This document shows positions 44,728 through 53,668 of a DNA stretch of 64,000 nucleotides, piece after piece. The stretch is from Escherichia phage vB_EcoM_TH18, in the sequence record ON075799; one strand, 5' to 3'. The translations under genes and the position numbers were made by a program. How positions within the stretch are numbered: the stretch's first letter is position 1; every line of letters starts with the position of its first letter. Below the pieces are notes generated by a model. It saw only the letters and a list, made by a program, of their open reading frames with translations. It was not told the origin of the DNA and ran no database searches.

Positions 44728-45432
44728 TTAAGAGTTCAGAACAGATTTAGCTTTATTATAGTATGCAGTTCTTTCAGACAGATGGTTTGTCCCACCATTC
44801 ACAAGTTTTGTTATTTTTACAATATCATCAGCATCACAAGCTGCATTAATATTCCTAGATTGCCAGTACCAACCAGCACTTAATACAGCATATTCCGGCT
44901 GCTCAAGAAGCTCTGGGTGATTAATCAAATCTATGCCTAGAGCTTTGCCACAATCTCTGTAATTGGCATAACCTGTAATCTGGATAAGGCCTCTTCCTTT
45001 ATACTTTGCCCCATCACCATCTTTTTCCGGTGTATTGCCGAGTTTTTTTGCTAGGCTACCTGTGTCATACTTGTCAAAATAGGAATCATTCCCAAGTTCC
45101 CTAACATATTTAAATTCAGCAGATTCAACCCCTATCTGGGATAGGAAACCAGCTATCCTGTTTGTGGTGTTTATATTTGTCTTTGAGAATAGCTCATTCA
45201 GAGGCTCAAGAAATTTAGAATTTCTGTTGGCTTTCGCACCTGTAGGAAAGATCTTATCTAGTTGCGATTGTGTTAGTAGTGTATTCCCCCCGTTTGTTGA
45301 GTTAGCTTTCTGTATGCATTTTTCCAATGCGGATTTAGTGGCGGGGCCATATATTCCATCAGCCCCTGATTTTCCTACACTAAAACCACCATTTATCAGC
45401 ATACGTTGAATTTCGGCTATCGCAGAGTTCAT
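44728..45432 (-). CDS. endolysin: peptidoglycan-binding domain plus GH19-type lysozyme/chitinase domain
   Basis: N-terminal ...GADGIYGPATKSAL (PG-binding-like) and C-terminal GRGLIQITGYANY (GH19 signature). Confidence 0.8.
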   Translation of the reverse strand: MNSAIAEIQRMLINGGFSVGKSGADGIYGPATKSALEKCIQKANSTNGGNTLLTQSQLDKIFPTGAKANRNSKFLEPLNELFSKTNINTTNRIAGFLSQIGVESAEFKYVRELGNDSYFDKYDTGSLAKKLGNTPEKDGDGAKYKGRGLIQITGYANYRDCGKALGIDLINHPELLEQPEYAVLSAGWYWQSRNINAACDADDIVKITKLVNGGTNHLSERTAYYNKAKSVLNS

Positions 45433-45447
45433 TTTCCCTCTTCTGTG

Positions 45448-45906
45448 TTAGCCCTCTCCAATTGCCTCACTAAAAGCTGTTTGAAAACTGGAAGCAACTC
45501 CAGCAAGTTTAATCGTAATTCTTTCTTGATAAATTGCATACGCTAGCTCATCTGGCGAGAGAGCTTCTTTCAAATGACCAGCCATTACACCCATTACTTT
45601 CTCAAGTGTATCTTCAGATAACATCTTCTTGAGCCGTTTCTGGGCTGTGTTTAACTCTTTCTCAAGAGTTGGATTAGAGTCTTTCTTAGCTTGCGCTTTC
45701 ATCATCTTCATGGAATCAATCATTAACTGAGTGTCCTCAGTCACCTGATTAATCAATCTTGGGAAGATCAATTCTGCGAAAATATAGGCCAACTCTTGAT
45801 GAGTTTTAAGGAGTAAACTATCAATCGCTAGTTTTGGTGCGTACAAGTTTTCTTCATTAATGATATCTGCCATGATATTATCCTCTACGGGTTGCTCGTG
45901 CTGCAT
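45448..45906 (-). CDS. hypothetical protein (152 aa)
   Basis: ORF from six-frame track. Confidence 0.5.
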   Translation of the reverse strand: MQHEQPVEDNIMADIINEENLYAPKLAIDSLLLKTHQELAYIFAELIFPRLINQVTEDTQLMIDSMKMMKAQAKKDSNPTLEKELNTAQKRLKKMLSEDTLEKVMGVMAGHLKEALSPDELAYAIYQERITIKLAGVASSFQTAFSEAIGEG

Positions 45907-46024
45907 TATCAGCCATTACCTGAAACAATTCCTCTTCGGTAATTTTTCTTTTCTTGCGTTTTCCACTGCGCAGCGCCAGCGCAAGCTCTTTTTCATATGC
46001 TTTTCGTAGAGTTTTCTTACTCAT
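45878..46024 (-). CDS. possible small basic protein (48 aa), not in ORF track
   Basis: ATG directly after nrdG stop with RBS aggaga; MSKKTLRKAYEKELALALRSGKRKKRK... Confidence 0.35.
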   Translation of the reverse strand: MSKKTLRKAYEKELALALRSGKRKKRKITEEELFQVMADNAARATRRG

Positions 46025-46498
46025 TTAAATCTCCTCTTTCCACAAACCATCTTTTTTAACCCACATTTTTTGGTTATCAGAACCCCTGAACCTTTTGGTT
46101 GTAGGCTTAGACATATCATACTTACCATCTATAACAATGTCAACAAGATTTTTAATACTTTCAGGTATTTCTTCAAATAAATATCCTGTCCACAGCCAAA
46201 TGTCTTTATCATCTCCGTAAACTGACCGTACCTTTAAAATAATCTTTATAACACCATCAATATTTTGTGGATCAAGTGGTTCCCCACCTAAAATTGAGAG
46301 TCCTTTTATTTGCTTACGTGCCAAATCCTTTATAATTCTATCTAAGTGTTCGTCTGTAAACATTTCACCATAGCTATATGACCAAGCTCTTTGGTTAAAG
46401 CATCCGCGACAACAATGACCACATCCGCTAACCCAGAGGGAGCATCGCACTCCCTCCCCGTTGATCATATCTGTTGGTTCATAACCGCAGAAATTCAT
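46025..46498 (-). CDS. nrdG: anaerobic ribonucleotide reductase activating protein
   Basis: Cys cluster SGCGHCCRGCFN typical of the NrdG glycyl-radical activase; adjacent to nrdD. Confidence 0.85.
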   Translation of the reverse strand: MNFCGYEPTDMINGEGVRCSLWVSGCGHCCRGCFNQRAWSYSYGEMFTDEHLDRIIKDLARKQIKGLSILGGEPLDPQNIDGVIKIILKVRSVYGDDKDIWLWTGYLFEEIPESIKNLVDIVIDGKYDMSKPTTKRFRGSDNQKMWVKKDGLWKEEI

Positions 46499-46875
46499 GT
46501 ATGTTTCACTCTCTCTACAACTTCTTGCATCTTACCCTTGTTATAAGGACGGCTGTTTGGAGCAGACAAATATCCAGACACACGTCTAATCACACTTATT
46601 GTTTCTTCATCATGATTGCCACAAGAAGGGCACTCGAATCCCTTAGCTGTGGCCTTGAACTCACCAGAGAAACCACACTCGTAACATCTATCTACAGGCT
46701 GATTTATACCAAAATAAGGGATGTGTTCATATCCATAATCCACTAAGGCTTCCAACGCTTGCATGTTGTTTCTTAGATTAGGAACTTCCACATAACCTAT
46801 GTTACCACCATTGCTTATCTCAGCAAACCCACATTCATAATCCCATTTGGAGAATGGATCAGACGTTTTCCACAC
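46495..46875 (-). CDS. nrdD: anaerobic ribonucleotide reductase NrdD, 3' exon (glycyl-radical and zinc-ribbon region)
   Basis: CYECGFSGEF...CPSCGNHD zinc ribbon and RRVSGYL glycyl-radical motif. Confidence 0.75.
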   Translation of the reverse strand: MWKTSDPFSKWDYECGFAEISNGGNIGYVEVPNLRNNMQALEALVDYGYEHIPYFGINQPVDRCYECGFSGEFKATAKGFECPSCGNHDEETISVIRRVSGYLSAPNSRPYNKGKMQEVVERVKHT

Positions 46876-46879
46876 TGGT

Positions 46880-47240
46880 TGATGAAACGAGTTTGTCAGA
46901 TAATCTCTTTCGATTAATCCTGGGTATGCTTCTTTAAGTTTTGTGGCAAATTTATAACACAGAGATTCTGCCGATGTACCGCTGCTTTCGCAGTATTTTC
47001 ACGGACTAGACTATATCACGATCTTGTGACCACTCACAAGACCCTCCACATTTCGCCATTCAAGGCTACTCTACTCGCTTCTTCACATCAGGTGAAGCTG
47101 ATGCTATGCTTTCGATAGTCGTTAGAGACAATCTCTTGCCTACGGGGTTAGCTCTGCCCCAACAGGGTTTAGCCTTTCTTACCAGCTTATTGTTTATTCA
47201 GCTATGCCCGTTTAGTGGAGTTATTCGACAACCATCACTG
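46880..47240 (-). mobile_element. putative group I intron in nrdD (no ORF; boundaries approximate)
   Basis: ~360 nt non-coding insert between nrdD segments; R-like gatagtcgtt (~47120) and S-like agactatatc (~47003) elements. Confidence 0.5.
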
Positions 47241-47753
47241 GTTGAAGGCCCAATTGTGTTTAGGCGTGCCATATAGGCTAAATGCTAAACCACTTCGCTC
47301 TTTAAAATCAGCACAAATATCCTTCATATATTTCAAGATATTCATTGCCATCTCTTTACGAACTGGTTCGCCATACAAAATTTCAACTGCTTCATAAAGA
47401 CCCACATAGCCAATACTGATTGATGCGTAGCCATTAAAGAAGAGTTTACTAATCTTTTCATCAGGTCCGAGCCGTGCAATAGCCCCCTCCATAAACATTG
47501 TGGGATTCTGGGATGCTTTTACATCCATCAATCTACCGACTCTAACCATGTGCGCTTTATACGCCATTTCCATGTGCTTTTCAAGCAATTCGGTAAACAG
47601 AGTTTTCTTAGATTTTGCTTCTGCTGCAATCATAGGTAAGTTTAGAGAGACAACACCAAGATTGAATCTACCATCATATTTCTCACCATGTTCTGTTGCA
47701 TAATAAGATAAGAAACTTCTACACATTATGTTCGAAGTGGTTCGCAAGGCCAC
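47235..47753 (-). CDS. nrdD: anaerobic ribonucleotide reductase NrdD, central exon (ORF ends extend into introns)
   Basis: In-frame segment between two intron-like inserts, assigned to nrdD by position; true exon limits likely ~47245-47725. Confidence 0.6.
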   Translation of the reverse strand: MALRTTSNIMCRSFLSYYATEHGEKYDGRFNLGVVSLNLPMIAAEAKSKKTLFTELLEKHMEMAYKAHMVRVGRLMDVKASQNPTMFMEGAIARLGPDEKISKLFFNGYASISIGYVGLYEAVEILYGEPVRKEMAMNILKYMKDICADFKERSGLAFSLYGTPKHNWAFNQ

Positions 47754-47985
47754 TCCCGCACCACTACGTGCTGCTGCATGTCACCATGCAGACCAGACCA
47801 TATCTTCATGCTTAAAGCATGTCTGCCGTTTGGGGTGTCATCAGCTTACACTCTACATCCCTACATTCATCAGGATTGGTCGTTAGGCATTTACGGTTGA
47901 TACCGATTTAGCACGGGATTCCCTCCATAGAGGATTCCCCCGTTTAGGCAGATTTTACATGAGCAGTTATAGTTTACCCATGCTT
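47726..47985 (-). mobile_element. putative group I intron in nrdD (no ORF; boundaries approximate)
   Basis: Non-coding insert with a 38-nt block (47755-47792) identical to one in the terminase intron (609-646); S-like agaccatatc and R-like ggtcgtta elements. Confidence 0.5.
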
Positions 47986-49142
47986 GTAACACGCCCGTCT
48001 GAAGAACCTGTTACCTTTTTATTCAACGGTACAGATATGAAATCTGGATAAATCCTTTCAACACAACACTCCATGGCTAATTGCTTTAAGTCGTAGTTGG
48101 GATCGCCAGGTTTCATGTTTACACCATCTTCCAAGAAGAAGATAACTTTTGGAAAAACAGGTGTGACTTTGTCTTTGCCAAGTCCGTTTTTGTGAACAAG
48201 AAGATAATTCTTTGTAATCATTCTCCCAAAATAGGAAGTATCAAGCCCAAGACTCAAGGTGATAAATGGGCATTGACCGTTAGCACTCATCAAGGTATTT
48301 ACCTGATAAAGCAATGTCTGCATAGCATCGTAAACATCTTTTTCCGTCATCTGCATAGCTACACCTTCTGGGTCTGGCAGCCATTGCTCCTGACAAAATT
48401 TTAGATTTTTATCGTAACTTGCCTTGGCATATTGTTTTAATCCTTCATCAATATGGGTGTATGACTGACCACCATATTGAACCGAAGAAACTGATTGGGA
48501 TATCTGGCTAAGAATGGTACAGGCAACACCTATCGATTTCGGCTTTTCTATTTTTGCATTGCCAATTTTAAAACCGTTCTCCAACATATCCCTATAATTT
48601 ACAAGACTGCAATTAGTTAATGGGCTTATCAAATAATCTAAGTCATGTATATGACCATAACCATTTGTATGCCATTCAGCCAATTCTTTTGGTAGAATTT
48701 GAGTTAGTGAGACGTGCTTGCTAAGGATACCCGCGAGAAGATCACGATGGCTACTAACCACCCCACTTGGTTTATTAGCGTTTTCTTTAGTAAATTCATC
48801 GGCAGTTTGTTCTAAGAATCCCGTAATATCTGCAAACAGTTTTCCTTTACCTTCCCTAACGTTATCACGCGTTTTACGATATTCAATATACGCCCGTGCA
48901 GCGTTCTTGAGGTCAAGATCCATTAGTGAATCTTCCACAATGCGGTGAATATCACAAACAGCCACTTTCTCTTGCGGTGGTTCTGATTTTTCCAGAGTTT
49001 CATAGGCTTGCTCGCCAACTGCACACGCCAGAGGATATGATTTCTCACCATAACCAGCAGCAATTAAAGCGGCTTCTGCCGCTTTAATAACTTTCACACC
49101 ATCATAATCTTCTTCACGCCCATCACGTTTAACAACTTTCAT
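47967..49142 (-). CDS. nrdD: anaerobic ribonucleotide reductase NrdD, 5' exon (N-terminal region)
   Basis: N-terminus MKVVKRDGREEDYDGVKVIKAAEAA (ATP-cone-like); ORF 3' end likely runs a few codons into the intron. Confidence 0.75.
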   Translation of the reverse strand: MKVVKRDGREEDYDGVKVIKAAEAALIAAGYGEKSYPLACAVGEQAYETLEKSEPPQEKVAVCDIHRIVEDSLMDLDLKNAARAYIEYRKTRDNVREGKGKLFADITGFLEQTADEFTKENANKPSGVVSSHRDLLAGILSKHVSLTQILPKELAEWHTNGYGHIHDLDYLISPLTNCSLVNYRDMLENGFKIGNAKIEKPKSIGVACTILSQISQSVSSVQYGGQSYTHIDEGLKQYAKASYDKNLKFCQEQWLPDPEGVAMQMTEKDVYDAMQTLLYQVNTLMSANGQCPFITLSLGLDTSYFGRMITKNYLLVHKNGLGKDKVTPVFPKVIFFLEDGVNMKPGDPNYDLKQLAMECCVERIYPDFISVPLNKKVTGSSDGRVTSMGKL

Positions 49143-49145
49143 TGT

Positions 49146-49415
49146 TTATTCCCCCAGTTCAGTATTAATAAACGCAATAAATTCATCTGCCGTGCCAACA
49201 TATACAGTATCGACACCGCACTCATAAAAAATCCGTGGGACTGTTTTTGGGATAACAGGAGAGCATTTTAAGACCAATTCCTCTTTGGTGAAATCTTCTC
49301 CTAATTTCTTATAGATAAAGTTAAGTCCTTTTTGTTTTGCAAACTCTTTTGCTCTTACACAATGAGGGCAATTATCTTTCCCATAAATTACAAACGTGCA
49401 TTCTTTAAAGTTCAT
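49146..49415 (-). CDS. glutaredoxin/thioredoxin-like redoxin
   Basis: Start refined to MNFKECTFVIYGKDNCPHC (CxxC active site); next to nrdB. Confidence 0.7.
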   Translation of the reverse strand: MNFKECTFVIYGKDNCPHCVRAKEFAKQKGLNFIYKKLGEDFTKEELVLKCSPVIPKTVPRIFYECGVDTVYVGTADEFIAFINTELGE

Positions 49416-49416
49416 C

Positions 49417-50505
49417 TTAAAAATCCCAGATTTCTTCTTCTGCATCATTCACCGTTGTGTTAACACGATAGTCTGTGTTGGACATTTCTTGGTTAGCCGT
49501 CTGCTGCAATGCAGGATTCATCCATACTTGCATTAACGGTAAAGGGTCTTTGGAAGGAGGGTTGAAGTCCCTATCAAATCCAAAATGGTCATAGATAGGA
49601 GCACAATTATAATCAACCCACTCTTTCAGCAATGATTCGTTAAGGCCAATGATTGCCCTACCATCACTGAAGATATAGTGACTCCAACTATACTCTTTAA
49701 ATCTAACTTCGTCAAGAATTTCTTTCAATTCATGTTTGATGGCATTAAAGCTGTTCAACCATACAGGATCTTCTAACAGAATTTCAATAATTGCAAAGTC
49801 GTTTTTTGTATGGAGAATCTCATCAAGCATTATTTTTTGCACAAGCTGTGCAACTTGAACAAAAATCCCCTGTTCCGCTAGAGCAAATGTGCACGCAAAA
49901 CTGGATATGAACTCTATGGCCTCTAGGCCAAGCAGAGCAAACATAGCTCTCAGAATACCTCTACGGATATCTTCTTTATCTATAGAAGCAGGATCCAGTC
50001 TGTATTTAGCACCAAGAACTTCTAGTTCACGCATATATTTGACAATGACACCAGATCTGTTTAAAACTTCTTGGTTGTTTTGTACTTCTTCAATAATTTC
50101 TCGTGCATTTGGCAAACACTGTCTGACAATTTCTGAGTATGTCAAAGCATGAAGCACTTCGATTTCTGCCTGTTTCATCATCAAAGCGTATAATTCACTG
50201 TTTGTGATGAATGGGGCAAATAAACAGATAATTGATTGCGCTGCAACACTATCAGCTTCCCATTGCCACATCAAAGTTTGCACCATAACATCATAGGTTG
50301 ATTTACTGCATGTAGCAAAATCTGAAATTGATTGTACTAAATCAACTTCGTCTTCTGACCAGTCTTGCTCTTTTTGTTTTTTATACAAATCGAAAAGTTT
50401 TGGGTATTTTTTATTAATGGAGTCATACATCCCCATCTGCTGACCAAGAAACAGAGGGTAATCCCCAGTTTTATGTGCTGTGTTTTCTGTATTGAATAAT
50501 GCCAT
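49417..50505 (-). CDS. nrdB: ribonucleotide reductase small subunit (class I beta)
   Basis: 362 aa; assigned by overall resemblance to the R2 family and position directly downstream of nrdA. Confidence 0.85.
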   Translation of the reverse strand: MALFNTENTAHKTGDYPLFLGQQMGMYDSINKKYPKLFDLYKKQKEQDWSEDEVDLVQSISDFATCSKSTYDVMVQTLMWQWEADSVAAQSIICLFAPFITNSELYALMMKQAEIEVLHALTYSEIVRQCLPNAREIIEEVQNNQEVLNRSGVIVKYMRELEVLGAKYRLDPASIDKEDIRRGILRAMFALLGLEAIEFISSFACTFALAEQGIFVQVAQLVQKIMLDEILHTKNDFAIIEILLEDPVWLNSFNAIKHELKEILDEVRFKEYSWSHYIFSDGRAIIGLNESLLKEWVDYNCAPIYDHFGFDRDFNPPSKDPLPLMQVWMNPALQQTANQEMSNTDYRVNTTVNDAEEEIWDF

Positions 50506-50516
50506 TTAAACCTCGA

Positions 50517-50539
50517 TGAAAAAGGGGCTTTCGCCCCTT
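50517..50539 (-). terminator. hairpin plus U-run between nrdA and nrdB (terminator/attenuator-like)
   Basis: aaaggggc-tttc-gcccctt; on the minus strand followed by TTTTTCATCGAGG and the nrdB RBS. Confidence 0.5.
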
Positions 50540-50545
50540 AATAAA

Positions 50546-52861
50546 TTACAATGCACAACTCTCGCAGTACGGATCTTCAACTGAACTGTCTGCAATCAAA
50601 GGATAGTTCTTTTTAGTTTCTTCCTCAGCTTGTCTCTTCGCGTGAAGTTCCGCTGTCAAGGAATCACCAGCACCAACCTTAGAATTTAGATAGTACCACG
50701 TTTTCATACCCACTTTTGTTGCTTTGATAAGATACCCTAGCTGCTCTTTCATAGAAATCTTACCATCTTTTTGTTTGGTGTAATCAAGGTAGAGATCTGC
50801 ACTGATCGTCTGCCCAGTAAATTTCTGGAATAGAGCATAGATATCTATCATGTCATTTGTTGGTGTATCCCAAGCAGATGTGTAGTAATCTTTTAATTCT
50901 TCATAATCAGGGACAATAAAAAGAACCTGACCTTGAGGTGATTTTTTAAAGATCACATGATCACGAACAGGGTATATACCATTTGTTGTGTTTGTTGCCA
51001 AAGACGAACTTTCGTTCGGCATGTAGGCTTCCAGCACACTGTTCCTTATTCCACCAAAATCAATAATCTCCTTGCGTAATGACTCCCAATCCTGTTTGAG
51101 TGTGGGATCCTCCACCACACTATCAATCGCCTTATTATAGGTATCGATCGGTAGCCAGCCAGACGGGTATTTTGTTTTACCAATCCACTCACAAACACCA
51201 CGTTCTTTAGCTAACCGCAGACTTGCCTTATGAAGGCTGTAGCTGTGCAATTCAGCTAAATCATGTACCAACTGTTTGCTCTCAGGAGAACCATAAGGAA
51301 CTCTATGTGTCGCAATATAATGTGCCACGTTTGTGATGCCAACACCAATAGACCTGCGTTTTTTAACTGTACTCTCCATATTTTCATACGGATAGGTCAT
51401 GATATCCATCACGTTGTCAATCATGAGTACGGTATAGTATGCCACATCTTCATATTCTTCTGGTTTAACTCTGCCAGCAACCAACGAGGCCAAGAAGCAC
51501 AAAGCAACTTCACCATCTTCAGCATCATACTTGAAGAGGTTACGCATATCTGAATAACCTTTTGTTGGGAGTGATATCTCACAACACAGATTGCTTGAAT
51601 AAATAATTTCCTTAAATGGGGTGTGTCTATTCATCTCGTCAGTCCAGTAAACATAAAGTCTACCAGTTTCTGTACGCTGGGTAATTATCTCTATTGCCAA
51701 ATCTCTTGCCTTAATCCAAGTTTTTGGAATAGAAGCATCTTTGGCAATCTTATCAACTTCAGAGTCAAACTCCTCCATTGTCATAGTGAACATCCCATCA
51801 TGGAGTTGTGGGGCATCTTTATAAGATACCAGCATCCAATCCAAGTTTTTCGCAACACGATTGACAAAAGATTTGTTAATACCAACGGAATAATCCATTG
51901 TGTTAATTCGCTTAGATGTCACAGTCATAGGGTTACGTAAGCGAATTAATTCATCAATTTGTGGATCAAGAGCTAAGAAAGAAACTGTTGCTGAACCACC
52001 TCTGGACTGTTGCCTATTCTCTTTTACCCCAGCATCAATACCACGATAGTAAGGTAGTTTGCCCATATGCTTGATTGTGTTCCCTCTAACACCATCACCA
52101 ATAGAGCGAGATGCTAGATAATAACCAATACCAGCTTGATTAACAGTCATCGTATATGCAACTTCTCGTGCAACACCGATGGATTTAGCTGTATCGTCTG
52201 CCTTGATTACACAACATGAAGCATATCCTGTTTTTCCGGTACGAAGCCCGTTAAGGTATGGTGTCGGGGCGTTAATCTTAAGATCAGACAAATATGTGTA
52301 CAATTTTGTCACATCTTTAATACGACGAGCCTTGGGCATATTCTTCATAACTGCCATTGCCATCCCCATAAACATCATCTGCGGGGATTCAAAAAGGATG
52401 TCATTAACAGCGTCCTTAATACCGTACTTATCACGGAACTGTTTCAATACAGCATACCCATAAGACAGGTCTTTACTATGGTCGATAACAGCTTCTAATG
52501 CTGTTAGTTCCAAACCTGTGTATTTCATATCTTCCCAATAGCCTGAATCAACCATACGGTGATAGAAATTTGGCAAACTAGGAATTTTTGTGAACCCACC
52601 AAAGGCTTCTTTATAAATCTGCCCGACTAAAACTCTACCAGCCATCCGTGCATGTGCTTCATCTTTACGGCTAATACACGCATCTATAATAGCTTGGTTA
52701 ACTTCTTTTGTTGTGCAACCATCATATAATCTTCTATATGCGTCAAGAGCAATGTGTGACCAGTTGCCGTTGCCATCATCACCAAAAATGGCAGCTTTGT
52801 TAAGACGCTCAGGATCGAACACTACCTCTGACCCATCGCTTTTAATAACTTTAGTAATCAA
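50546..52861 (-). CDS. nrdA: ribonucleotide reductase large subunit (class I alpha)
   Basis: 771 aa; ATP cone VIKSDGSEVVFDPERLNKA and catalytic region NLCCEISLPT. Confidence 0.9.
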   Translation of the reverse strand: MITKVIKSDGSEVVFDPERLNKAAIFGDDGNGNWSHIALDAYRRLYDGCTTKEVNQAIIDACISRKDEAHARMAGRVLVGQIYKEAFGGFTKIPSLPNFYHRMVDSGYWEDMKYTGLELTALEAVIDHSKDLSYGYAVLKQFRDKYGIKDAVNDILFESPQMMFMGMAMAVMKNMPKARRIKDVTKLYTYLSDLKINAPTPYLNGLRTGKTGYASCCVIKADDTAKSIGVAREVAYTMTVNQAGIGYYLASRSIGDGVRGNTIKHMGKLPYYRGIDAGVKENRQQSRGGSATVSFLALDPQIDELIRLRNPMTVTSKRINTMDYSVGINKSFVNRVAKNLDWMLVSYKDAPQLHDGMFTMTMEEFDSEVDKIAKDASIPKTWIKARDLAIEIITQRTETGRLYVYWTDEMNRHTPFKEIIYSSNLCCEISLPTKGYSDMRNLFKYDAEDGEVALCFLASLVAGRVKPEEYEDVAYYTVLMIDNVMDIMTYPYENMESTVKKRRSIGVGITNVAHYIATHRVPYGSPESKQLVHDLAELHSYSLHKASLRLAKERGVCEWIGKTKYPSGWLPIDTYNKAIDSVVEDPTLKQDWESLRKEIIDFGGIRNSVLEAYMPNESSSLATNTTNGIYPVRDHVIFKKSPQGQVLFIVPDYEELKDYYTSAWDTPTNDMIDIYALFQKFTGQTISADLYLDYTKQKDGKISMKEQLGYLIKATKVGMKTWYYLNSKVGAGDSLTAELHAKRQAEEETKKNYPLIADSSVEDPYCESCAL

Positions 52862-53136
52862 ACATTCTCCTTCTCTTCTACATCATATCTAGCCAAAAAT
52901 AAAGCAGCTTCATCATTAAGATCTTCTTTTAAAGAGTCTCTATCATCTGCAAGGATATTAATTACTTTTCCTGTGTATGCGTCATAATAAACATCATCAT
53001 ACATCTTGCTATCATCTGTAAGATCATTAAAATATAACCACCCAGCATAATGATATTTATCATCAAAACCGCGATCTTTCCATTTGGTCTTTTCTCGTGC
53101 CATTAATCCCCCAGACCAAACATATCGCCAAGCCAT
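52858..53136 (-). CDS. hypothetical protein (92 aa)
   Basis: ORF from six-frame track; coupled to nrdA. Confidence 0.5.
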   Translation of the reverse strand: MAWRYVWSGGLMAREKTKWKDRGFDDKYHYAGWLYFNDLTDDSKMYDDVYYDAYTGKVINILADDRDSLKEDLNDEAALFLARYDVEEKENV

Positions 53137-53579
53137 GATTCATCTTTAGAATCAAAGTTAATATCTAAACTCTGCTTTCTTTCTCCACGCTTTGTGTATT
53201 TTCTGACATTGACTTTTTCTGTCACAGGAAGATCATACGGAAGATCAATAACAAATTCCATATCCTTTTCTGAATACATTTCTACATCAAGAATATCTAT
53301 GCCATTATAAATTCCTGCGTATGGATAATCATTCCTCATATCACCTACAAAAATTGTTGTTTTTCTATAGGTTGATGGGTAGTTGGCACAACGAACATTC
53401 TTGTTGTGTAGCATTGTAATATGTTTAGGAAGTCCATCAGCATCACTGACTTGGAATCCAATAGCATACAACGCAGCACGAAGTTGATTTTCTTCTTTAA
53501 TATTAAAACCGGGGATTGTGCGAAGAAAGTCCAGCGTCACAGAAATATGCTGTGTAGGTTTACGTTTTGTTTTTTTCAT
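53103..53579 (-). CDS. hypothetical protein (158 aa)
   Basis: ORF from six-frame track, downstream of a sigma70-like promoter. Confidence 0.5.
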   Translation of the reverse strand: MKKTKRKPTQHISVTLDFLRTIPGFNIKEENQLRAALYAIGFQVSDADGLPKHITMLHNKNVRCANYPSTYRKTTIFVGDMRNDYPYAGIYNGIDILDVEMYSEKDMEFVIDLPYDLPVTEKVNVRKYTKRGERKQSLDINFDSKDESWLGDMFGLGD

Positions 53580-53638
53580 ATATTCTCCACCACATTTGCA
53601 AACTAGGGGACAAATAGCCCCCTATACATCATGCAAAC

Positions 53639-53668
53639 ATAATATGTATTTTTATTAAATTTGTCAAC
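53639..53668 (-). promoter_or_regulatory. sigma70-like promoter (TTGACA, ~18-nt spacer, TATTAT)
   Basis: Consensus hexamers on the minus strand ~50 nt upstream of the ATG at 53579; GC hairpin in the UTR. Confidence 0.55.

Noticed and set aside
50546-52861. Antisense plus-strand ORFs inside nrdA (51263..51553, 51623..51940, 52179..52463)
   Set aside because: They sit fully inside a well-supported large coding region on the opposite strand and have no independent signals.
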